A DNA stretch of 63,720 bases, counting the filler, from Octopus bimaculoides (taxonomy: Eukaryota), in assembly GCF_001194135.2 (NCBI RefSeq). It is 7 parts of 5 records of this genome, joined end to end, with 100 filler letters (N's around TTAATTAATTAA, not from the genome) between each part and the next. Parts side by side here need not be neighbours in the genome. Positions count along the whole stretch, not along the records: positions 1 to 7,245 come from NC_068991.1; positions 7,346 to 16,612 come from NW_026316885.1; 5 more parts are not named here. One strand, 5' to 3'. Within the stretch, counting starts at the first letter, position 1, and each line of letters opens with the position of its first letter. The position numbers and the translations under genes are program-made. The notes beneath the pieces are model-generated. The model worked only from the letters and a program-made list of their open reading frames with translations, was not told the DNA's origin and ran no database searches. This document shows, piece by piece, positions 1 through 9,536 of this stretch.

Positions 1-59
1 GATATATATATATGGAAAAAAGACAAAGTAGAAAACGCTAAAATACTTTTATAAAGAAC

Positions 60-104
60 ATTTCAGTACCGGTTTCGATCCTTGAGATCTTTTCAACAGT
101 AAAT
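60..104 (-). ncRNA. Decayed minimal type I hammerhead-like motif (Penelope pseudo-LTR type)
   Basis: Minus strand reads UUGAAAA-GAUCU(CAA)GGAUC-GAAA-CCGGUA: 5-bp stem II, intact GAAA, palindromic ACCGGU stem III, GUA triplet. First core differs from CUGANGA by two transitions; stem I only 4/6 paired. Confidence 0.4.
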
Positions 105-609
105 ATGAATAATAAATTTTTGAAAAATTATTGAAAAATTAAATTTTGGTAAATTTAAAAGAAAAGTCTTTTTAATGACATATTTGTACAGTATTCAAAT
201 AACAGGGGCATTTTTCTTGTTTCTGCCTGTCTCTGTTTCACTTATTAACTCTTGTGGGTTCGAAGAAGGAGTGCTATGATAGTAGCAGAGTGTTAATTGG
301 TTGAGTGTCTAAACATTGACCTGTTGATGGTCGTAGTGATCTGTATTGTTTATAATGTTTGCGTAGGTGTTATTCTAAACAGCAGTAGTAGTAATAAAGC
401 GAGCTACTTACCACACAGCCACTCCTACACCTAGGGCAGTGGAGACTTACAAGGAAACCGAACGAAAATAAGCATAGAGGGAAATAGTGAACACTAGAAG
501 AAATATTTTCTTTGAAAAGAAAAAAAATAGACGAGAGAGAAAATAAAACGTCTAGTCCTTTGAACGTCCGTGCAAGAAAAGTAAGATGGTCACATGAGGA
601 AAAGAAGCA

Positions 610-642
610 AGAGAGAGAAAAAGAGAAAGAGGCGGAGAGAGG

Positions 643-683
<41 letters not shown>
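610..683. repeat. (GA)n microsatellite running into an assembly gap
   Basis: Direct reading; N run from 684. Confidence 0.95.
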
Positions 684-937
684 NNNNNNNNNNNNNNNNN
701 NNNNNNNNNNNNNNNNNNNNNNNNNNNNNNNNNNNNNNNNNNNNNNNNNNNNNNNNNNNNNNNNNNNNNNNNNNNNNNNNNNNATATGACCGCAGCCACT
801 TGGCTGAAACACATAAATAGAAATATATAATACACTATATTAAAGCTATATTTATACACAAAACCACACTTTTAACTACACCATGTAGTAAAATATACAC
901 TTTTGTATATACAATAATATATACGTCTTTCTACTAT

Positions 938-1112
938 AGGCACATGGCTGGAAGTTTAGGAGAAGGGCTGAACTGTGCTCAACAGGTACTTATTTTATCG
1001 ACCGAAATGATAAAAGGTAAAGTCGACCGCGGCAGAATTTGTACTGAGAACATGATACGGGCCTAAATGCTGTTTAGCATTTTGTTCGAGATGTTAACGT
1101 TTCTGTCAACTC
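938..1112 (-). mobile_element. Diverged tRNA-derived SINE (family A)
   Basis: ggtacttattttatcgac...aaaggtaaagtcgac...ggcagaattt matches the family A copies at 59.3-60.5 kb. Confidence 0.55.
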
Positions 1113-1294
1113 AAAATAATATATCAGTGCTTCTGCGCACTAGAACTTGACGGAAAGGATTATTCCAGATCGAGTCCGTACTCCTGAAATACTTTTTAGT
1201 ATGTTCTCTAGACCTCTTAGTCTGTCTATCTGTTTGTGTATCTGTGTATTATGCATAGTTACAATGTATACCATATCAAAGCAGTGAAAATGTA

Positions 1295-1511
1295 CGAGGG
1301 GTTGTTTAAAAGTTCCTGGCTTTGAGTAAAAGAAAATACAGGAGGATCAGTTAATTATGATTGTATTCAACATAACTCCTCTCTAAGATTCACGCACGTA
1401 TTGCAACGGTCCTTCAGTTTTTCTAAGCCCTGTAAAAGAACTCGGAAGGTTGGGACTCCAACCAGGCCTTTGCGATACCCTTAAAACCAGAAACTTTTCA
1501 GCCTTCTCTTG
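1295..1511. mobile_element. Mariner-type MITE (~217 bp)
   Basis: Starts TA|CGAGGGG..AAAAGTTCCTGGCTTT and ends with the degenerate inverse (ccagaaacttttcagcc); second copy at 35464-35655. Confidence 0.6.
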
Positions 1512-2196
1512 GACAATACCACCATGTTAAACAACATTGTAGTAAAGGACACCAAACTTTTTGTGTCCCAGATCCAGCTTGTAATCATGAAATACTCTTT
1601 AGTACTCACAATAAACCTCAAACTTACAAAAAAGTGACAAGAAGCATTCCTGATGAATTTGATACGTGTTGTTCAAACGAGGGCAAAATCAATAAATCGT
1701 AAACCTAGACTGCAGGACACCAGCTACTGACCGTCTTGAATTGTTTTCTAAAGAAAGATGTTTTGAAGCAGTAATTTAACATAGTTTTCACCTTATATTT
1801 TACAAACAATACACTTAGGTGTGACTCTTCTCGTGACTATTTTCAGGCAGATATTTCATCATTCTACTATTTTGCATTCTTCCAATTTTAAAAAGTGCAA
1901 GATTAATTACTTTTCAGTCTATTATCGGCGACATCTCTCGCTAACACCCAGCTCTTTTATGACTCATATCTAGTCTGTACACCTAAATATTCTTTAGTAT
2001 TCTCAATAAGTCTGAAACTTAATGATCAGTGAAACATTCCTGAGGAAGCGAACACAATTTGTTCAAACCTGATGAAAATAATGAAAAAAATCGCTTTGTA
2101 TTCGTTAACCCACGCAGGAAGGCAAGAGTGAATATGCTTTCTTTAATACAAATAACATTTCCCTACGTCACCATTATTCAGTCTATCCAGGAGACC

Positions 2197-2335
2197 ATAA
2201 AGCAGTTGTATACCTAATGTGACAGTCCCAATAAGGGAATCATACTACTGTCCAGCTTCCTAGGGCTAAATAGCAGCAGTGTGATTTCCTTATTGGGACT
2301 GTCACGTTAAGTTGACAGTATACAACTGCTTTATC
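2197..2335. repeat. 139-bp fold-back (imperfect palindrome) centred on CCTAGG
   Basis: Outer arms 2197-2213/2319-2335 are a perfect 17-bp inverted repeat; inner arms 2219-2246/2279-2306 match at 26/28; centre at 2262/2263. Confidence 0.85.
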
Positions 2336-2385
2336 GTAACACTGCTGCTTAATTCTCTTTGTAAGATTTATAATTAGATCATTTC

Positions 2386-2387
<2 letters not shown>

Positions 2388-2450
<63 letters not shown>

Positions 2451-2463
2451 CACACATATACAT
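2388..2463. repeat. (CA)n/(TA)n microsatellite
   Basis: Direct reading. Confidence 0.95.
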
Positions 2464-2469
2464 ATAGTG

Positions 2470-2760
2470 GTGGTATGTTATCAACTTAATGTGACAGTCC
2501 CATGAAAGGGAAGGGTACTACTGGTATATAGCCCTAGGAAGCACCTCTTCCTCTCGGGCTTGACACATTTCCTGTGTCCTTATGTTTATAAAAGGGGAGA
2601 TAAGCACCTCCACCCAGCAAATCCAGCATCCAGAGATTAGTTTCTGAGTCATTGCTCGTCATCAGTCTGGAGTAGCATGGTTTGCTAGCTGAATTTTTTA
2701 TTACGATACTATATATCGAATACAGAAGGGACATACAAACAATGCAAACAAAAAAAAATG
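2470..2760 (-). mobile_element. Small non-coding repeat carrying a hammerhead motif (Penelope pseudo-LTR/retrozyme-like)
   Basis: Contains the 2629-2671 motif; its distal end (tcaacttaatgtgacagtccc...ccctagg) matches the arms of the 2197-2335 fold-back. Class assignment is inference. Confidence 0.5.
2629..2671 (-). ncRNA. Minimal type I hammerhead ribozyme-like motif
   Basis: Minus strand UCCAGA-CUGAUGA-C-GAG(CAAUGA)CUC-A-GAAA-C-UAA-UC-UCUGGA: perfect 6-bp stem I, both catalytic cores intact, 3-bp stem II, AUC triplet, predicted cleavage between 2635 and 2634. Confidence 0.65.
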
Positions 2761-2976
2761 TTACTATGAGTGCGAATGAGCCTTACATTTTAAAAATTGT
2801 TGATAAAATATATATATACAATATATGTTGACTCTTTTTTTTTTTCAAAGAGGGGATACAACCGGCAGCCTGAAAGTCCAAGCGATTATCCTTTCATTTT
2901 CTAATGTTAATTAAGTCGGGTTACTAGCACCCACCTTTCTCATCACAGCCTTCCATCGTTTCTCGAAAACACTTCG

Positions 2977-5668
2977 CTACATGATTCTCCTCCCCAGCCC
3001 TATCTTGCTCTTCAGATGGTATCTGAAGTAAAGTAGCAAACCAGGGCCGGAGATGAAGAATCCCGTCACGAATCCATGCATTCTAGTCCTCCATAAGCAC
3101 TCTCTCAACACTGCGACTGTACAGAGAAAACATGTCTCACTTTCCTTTGAGAGTCCAGTTGGCGGTACAATCTTTATCATAGACTCAGCTGATAGCTGTG
3201 CTCTCCCTAGATGCGACAACACGTGTTCTACGTAAATTATCAAGCTTGACAGCTCCCGACATTGTACAAAAGTGTGCTAGACGGTTTCCTCGTCCAGCCC
3301 ACATCTTGGACATGTCGGTGGCGCTGACATTCCGTACCTGGATAACTTCTCGCGAACAGGTAAAGCGTTCCTGTAACACTGCCAAGTCAGGGATTTTTGT
3401 TAATTATCCAAATACCCTGGCCTGAAAGTTTTTCGAAACAGGTTTGCAAGTTGGTTCTCGTCGAACCCTAGAACGTCATCGTTTTTACAATCTACCAGCC
3501 CTTTGTAGAACACCGAGGTGGTATTCCCACTGCCGGCCTTGCCCGTCTTTCAGATAAGCACGAGTTCCTGTCGACACTCCTTTTGCTATATAGTCAGGTT
3601 ACGTCTTTTAATGAAACCGGGTTTGAATCTCTCCAAAGAGGCTGGTCACGGAAAGAATTCCTCTACCAGCGGATTCCACATCTTATCACCTTCCAGGTAG
3701 CACCAGAGATGCCTCAGCCTCAACGCATGTCTGCGCGTCATTAGCCAGGGCATCCCTAACCCACCCTTAAGCCGTTCCTGACAGCAAACGGAGCGCCTCA
3801 CAAGTGACTTTCCTCCCTTCCACAAAAAGCGGAAAAGGAGGCGTTCCCAGTTGTTTAGCCACGAATCGGAGCAAGGGACAACGGTCAGGTGGTAGGTGAA
3901 GACAGATGCAATAAACACCTGTACCACCTCCACCCTTCCTTTCAAGGATAGAGCCCTTCCGAACCAAGTCCGGACTAGAGCCTCCACCTTGTCTGCCACC
4001 TCGTTCCAATTCTTCTCCGTCTGAGAGTCTGGTCCAAACCAAACTCCAAGCAACTTAACAGGACCATCTGTCCAGTGACCCACGACACTGGACGATATCA
4101 ACATGCTCCTCCAGGTGCCGAGGCGCAAACCGATGGACTTGTCCTTGTTAACTTTTGCCCCTACCACCGCCTTGTATCCTTTGATAGCATCCTCTACACA
4201 AGGTAGCTGTGCTTCATTGCACACGATGAAGGTGATGTCACTCGCATAAGCAGAGACCGACTTACCGCATCCGATTTCATTAGGGTTGTCTCACAACTTT
4301 TCCAACTTCCGCAGCAATGGTTGAAGAACCAATACGTACAGAAGCGGAGACACAGGACACCCTTGACGAACTGAGCGCCTGATCGAAAACGGCTCCGACA
4401 GGTAGCCGTTTATCTGGACGGTGGATTTGATGCCGCTATACATGGCGGAGATCTACCAACGGAAGTCTGGGCCCAGCCCAGCCTCTTCGAGGACCGCCAC
4501 CAGGTACTGGTGGTCTACCCTATCAAACACTTTATCCACCCATTCTGTTGCCAGTTTGTGCAGACGCTTGCCAGCACGTCTCCGAACAAGTCCAGCATAC
4601 TACGATAAAACTCATAGAGTAAACCATCCATAAGGTAAACCATCGGCGACTTGTCCTCAGCGCACTCGGCCAATACCTCTTTTAGCTCCGCAGGAGTAAT
4701 CGGTCCTTCACAGCATTCCGCCTCCCGTGCCGAGAGTCGCGGCACACCGACTAGGAAGTCTTTTAAGGACTCCCCACGCTCAAGCGCGTCGCTCTCCCCG
4801 AACAACCGGGCGAAATGCTGGTGAAAGGCCTTTTGCATCATTTCTTGTCCATAGATCTTGCGCCCCTGCTCGTCAGTTAAAGACTTTATAGAGGCTTTTT
4901 TGCCCCTCTGACTCTCCACATGACTTGCCCATCCAGCAATGTTAACACCTTCTCGACCCATTGCACGTAAATTAGCTCTAACTCTGCTGCCTTCGTGTTT
5001 GGCTTTGAGGTGACAGTATAAGATCGTTCTCGCCGCCTGCACTCTAGAAGCAGAGCAAGAGTCCATAGCCTCATCTAAATTCTTAACTAATTCCCCTTCT
5101 ATTCTTGATCTATCTAAACTTTGCTGATTGCTAAATCTAATAGACTCTAAGCGAATGGCTCTCTTTTGGGCGTGCCACCATCTATTATTAATGATGGCGC
5201 CACATAGTGCCCTCTGTACTAACACTTTAATCCGGGTACGGAAAGCTTCACAAGTCAAAATAGAATTGTTCAACTTCCAGAACCCAGGTCCCTGTCTATG
5301 ACATTTATCTATATGTGTCTCACACGTCACAAATTTGTGATCCGTGTAAGGTACAATACAAAATTTTGGACAGCTAAAAGTGTTCTTATCTCTATCTCTA
5401 ACGAATACCCTATCTATGTAAGATCTGCGTGAGCTGTTGCTATTACTCCACGTCCACTGTGGAACGCTCGGCTCATCCAGTCTGTAACGGTCTACTAGAT
5501 TATAGCTCTCTAGTAGACCCTCGAGGCCAGGATTTCCCTTCTTATCAGTCAAGCCAACACTATCCACCCGTGCATCGAGGATAGTGTTAAAGTCTCCTAA
5601 CAGAAACAAGCCTGTTTCCATTTCGACCCCAGTACACGCACATTTATGCACCCTAACTTAATCATCAT
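2977..5668 (-). pseudogene. Tx1-like ORF2 (APE endonuclease + reverse transcriptase), disrupted
   Basis: MIKLGCINVR; LGDFN; WTWSNS..SYIDRVFV..TDHKFV; GPGFWKLNNSIL; DKSP..DGL.YEFYR; FDRVDH; RQGCPVSPLLY; YASD in place of YADD; VNKDKS; KLLGVWF; GGLGMP. Frameshifts, stops and two internal deletions. Confidence 0.92.
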
Positions 5669-5702
5669 TGAAAAAAATAAAAGAAAGAGATAACTTACAG
5701 TT

Positions 5703-7153
5703 TCAATTTGGGGAGGGGCTGGACAACTCCGCCTTCCCCCCATCTTTCTCTTTATTTGGTGTGGCCGCTGGGCTTTTCGATGGTGTCGCCGTAGGGATTT
5801 CCCTTGGTATGGCTGCCGGGCTAACAATTAACTTGCCCTCAGCCACTTCCGCATTCACATCTCTAATGTCATCTGAGTAGCGTGCTTTAAGCTCCGTATA
5901 TAAAGTTTCCTCCATCTTCGCAAATCGAACGTCAGTTTTATTGTCTTTTGATATTTTGTAAACTCTTGCTTTGTGGTGTGTTCTAATGATTGTATTTAAT
6001 AACTCGTTTTTTGTTTTCTTTGAATGCTATTATTTTTTTCTTTTTTCCATGTGTTTTGGGGGAGAGGTTTAGTAAATTTTTTTACCGTGGGACTGGATTG
6101 GGGAGTTTGGTTATGTGTGTCTGCATGCTTCAATGATTTTTTCGTTTGGAGAGGGGTGACCGGGACATGTGCTTTCTTCCGTTTATGCGTTACAGTAGTG
6201 AAGACCATATCTTTGCTTGTGTCTTTTTTCTCTGTGTTCTTTTTTTCTCAGTAACTTTTTTCTCAGTAACTTTTTTCTACTCCACTTTTTCTGTCTTTTT
6301 TCCTGTTGTATTTTCAGGTTTCTCCGCCGCTTTTACTTCTTTTACTGCTTTTTGGGGAGGAGCCTCATTTTCTTTTTTATTTTTCGTACACCTAGAGCGG
6401 ACGTGGCCCTTCTCTCCACACTTGAAGCATCTGGGCTTACGTCCCTCCACGGCTACTCGCATGGAGAGGGCCTTCCCTACAAATACCCTATCGGGCAAAT
6501 TTTCTAATGTTTCATTTGCTGCTTGTACCACTAATTCGAGTGTTTGGCCTTTCCAATTTATCGCATCTTTCTTTTTCATTTGCAAGATGGTTACTTTCTC
6601 CTCCACGTCATATATTACTGCTGCCGCCACCCACAAAACTGCATATCCAGCAGGATTTCTTCTATAATGATTTTCGCCGTCCTGCGACTCAAGTATGTGA
6701 GCAGCAAAATTATCTCTTCGTTTTTTAGTGTCTTTGTTGACACTTCCTTCGCTACGTTAGCTGATAGGAACTGCGCCTCAGCAGTCGCGCTACGTGTTCC
6801 TCGTCTAACGTAGCATACCTTGTTCTAAATTGGTGTCATGCACCTCTCTACCACCTCATTTTTCGCCTCCATAATTTTTTTCTCTTTCAGGTTATAAACC
6901 TTGTATACCACTGTTCGGGCATTATTTTCTGCAACTGTTTCAGGGGGCGGCAACAGTTTAGTATCGTCGCCACTTTTTTTTTTTTTATTAAATTTCTGAA
7001 CTTGTATAACTGTCCCATTTTCACTTCGAGTTCCGTTTCGTTCCCGCCCACCGCGGCTGAGAAACTTGGTTTTTCCTGTATATCCTTGTTCACACTGGTA
7101 CACTCCTTTCCCATCACAGCGAAGTCATTTAGGGATTTAATACTGAATTCCAT
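5703..7153 (-). pseudogene. Tx1-like ORF1 (gag-like, CCHC zinc knuckle), frameshifted
   Basis: ATG at 7153; PRCFKCGEKGHVRSRC knuckle in 6277-6636; Lys/Pro-rich C-terminus; frameshift in a poly-A run near 6975. Confidence 0.8.
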
Positions 7154-7245
7154 AACGGAACATTTTTCAACTTTGTCACAAATGACAAAATTTCAAAAAA
7201 TAATCAAGTAACGCCCAGCAATGGGCAAATCAATAAATTCAATAA

Positions 7246-7345
7246 NNNNNNNNNNNNNNNNNNNNNNNNNNNNNNNNNNNNNNNNNNNNTTAATTAATTA
7301 ANNNNNNNNNNNNNNNNNNNNNNNNNNNNNNNNNNNNNNNNNNNN
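7246..7345. other. Artificial 100-bp scaffolding linker
   Basis: N44 + TTAATTAATTAA (7290-7301, stops in all six frames) + N44. Confidence 0.95.
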
Positions 7346-9367
7346 TATATATATATATATTCATTCATTGTACCATGCTTTTTAGTGCTAAAGTTACTTA
7401 CTCTTCGTTCAAACCCATGAAGAATTAAATGTTTGGTTAAAAAGGTTAAACATGATGAAATGAAGCTAGATCACCTATTGGACTTAAAATCTGATTTAGA
7501 ACAGCATGCTAATAAATATCATGAGCCTAACAATTTATAATTTGACAGATATATTTGCAGGAACTCAGTATACATTATCTAATAAAGTTGATTGTTATTT
7601 TAACTATTGTCCTTTTATAGTGTGTTCCAATGGTTTCTCTAGTCCTTCTAAAACTCTATAACCTTTCTTTATCTATTGGCCTGGAAGCCTGCAACAGAAA
7701 GGCTACCACTCATATGTTGTCATTTACTAACTACTTTCACTTCAGACATCTTAAAATTATTAGAAACAATCATAAGCAATAACCTTTTCTTTTATTAATG
7801 TCTTTTTCCAATCAGTGATAACCAGTTGGAACTACTTCAATTTTTTGTTACTCAGTGGTAGTTTCTAGTTCTTAATATTAGCAATAAGCAATGCTATTCA
7901 CAATCACTTGCAAATCTCTTAGTAATGTTGCTCATGCATAGGCTCCACCAGTTACTGTTTGCTTGAATGGAGTGCTTCTTATCAGATTGGTCCATTATAG
8001 TCCATGTCGACCTTATTCCACTGATCCAAGTGGTTGATCTTCAAATCTTCATTATTTTTAATCTTTTTCTATATGAATAACTTACTTGCTGTTTCAACTA
8101 ATCACAAACATTCGCATGTAAATGACACTGTTTACATTTTTCTTTCATTTGTCTATTTTTCACTGATCCATGAGGAATATCACACCTTTCACCAAATTTA
8201 ACATTCTCTATAAACTTCCAAAACATCCTGGAAATGTAATTGACTATTTGGTCTTTTTCAACAGTCCCAAAGTCAGATAATACATCTTAAAAATTTATTA
8301 CTACCACTATATTTTGTCTATTACACTTTTGTTAATTTTTCCATAGCAAATGAGTGTATTTAAGTCACACAATCTTTGTTGAGTCTCCATGGTAATTGAA
8401 CATAATCTTTGGAGATGTTTCATGATAATATTTAGCTCCTATAATCTTTAATAATTTTCATAGCAACTAGGCACATTTAGGCTTTATGATCTTTGCTAGA
8501 TTTCCATAGTAAGTAGACACTTATGTTCCACAATCTTTGGTAACAACCATGCATTTACAGTTCAGTCTTTTACTTTCCATGATAACTAGCCGTTTCACAA
8601 GGAATGATTCATAAAGCCTTTGTTTCCTTTTCATGACCAAGACCTCAAACTTGTAAATCAACCATTAGTTACATTTAGAACAAAAGTAACGTATATGCCC
8701 AGATCTTTATGAAAATACCTGCTCCATGTTGCTGCCAAAGGAAGTCATTCACTTTATTAGCAAGTCTTCACTTTATAAGCATCAAGCCCTATCTTTTCTA
8801 TGACTTTGAACATACTAGGAGTATATTTTTGTCACCTATATTGACTTAATGCATATTTTCCTGCCTTCCTTCTCTTTCCACTCTTCATACTCCAATATTA
8901 CTTTATCTAATTCTAGACTGCATCTCTGGAATTCATTCCTACTCATCTATTTCCCTCCATAACTAACCTACATTTTTTTCAAATTGAATGTCAATCATAT
9001 TAAACTAATCCAGTTCCCATTACCCACCATAGTCAAGAATCTAATACTTTATTGAAACATTAATCTGAAAACACAACCTGTTCTCAGATTAATGATTAGA
9101 TAAATTACATGTAGTAATAGTCTCTACATATTTCTTTTAACATCACAAATACACTTTAAGCACTTTTATTTATGAATTGTTATCAATTCAAATCTTTCTC
9201 AAGTTAATTTGTTTTTTCTTCCCATTTGATTGATAAAGAAAATATCTGTTATATATTGAGATTGATTAAATTAACTATAACCCTTCTGTATAAAAAATAA
9301 AATCATTAATTAGTTTTGTTCCGCATTGAAACCAGTCAAAATTTCAAAGTAAATTTTCCTCACTTAC

Positions 9368-9536
9368 CAGGTAATGTTTCATAGTGAGCAGTGCTTGCTT
9401 CACTGCAGCCATGTCCACTGTCAGTTACAGAAGACATTGTTGACATCTCACTGAAACGGTCAGGGGACATAACCATATGTTGTTGATCTTTGCCAATAAC
9501 ACGGGTCACTGAGAAATCTGGAGGGTTACCTTGTAT
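9368..9536 (-). CDS. Isolated internal coding exon, probably a protocadherin-like cytoplasmic segment
   Basis: Pyrimidine tract then ...ttcaccag|ATACAA acceptor (alternative AG gives start 9529); donor CCTG|gtaagtg; open frame IQGNPPDFSVTRVIGKDQQHMVMSPDRFSEMSTMSSVTDSGHGCSEASTAHYETLP. Family call rests only on the Ser/Thr-rich DSGxGxSE motif. Confidence 0.68.

Larger units (their letters stand above)
2835..7245 (-). mobile_element. Near full-length, inactive Tx1/L1-clade non-LTR retrotransposon
   Basis: ORF1 with CCHC knuckle, ORF2 with APE and RT motifs in the right order, A11 tail at 2835-2845; 5' end abuts a linker gap. Confidence 0.93.

Noticed and set aside
512-859. ORFs over (GA)n and a gap; likewise ORFs at 14196-14474, 36751-37301, 44485-44898, 48624-49342, 52057-53250 and 62195-62839
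   Set aside because: Open only because of dinucleotide repeats or N runs.
1650-2070. CTGATGA (1650) and CTGAGGA (2040) followed by partial stem II
   Set aside because: GAAA core missing and no stem I; too decayed to call.
7660-7700. Candidate terminal exon (ttctgttgcag|GCTTCC..TAA) downstream of the 9.4 kb exon
   Set aside because: Short pyrimidine tract, only 6 codons, no supporting signal.
7400-9200. Possibly old coding-derived sequence on the minus strand
   Set aside because: No recognisable motif in hand translation.
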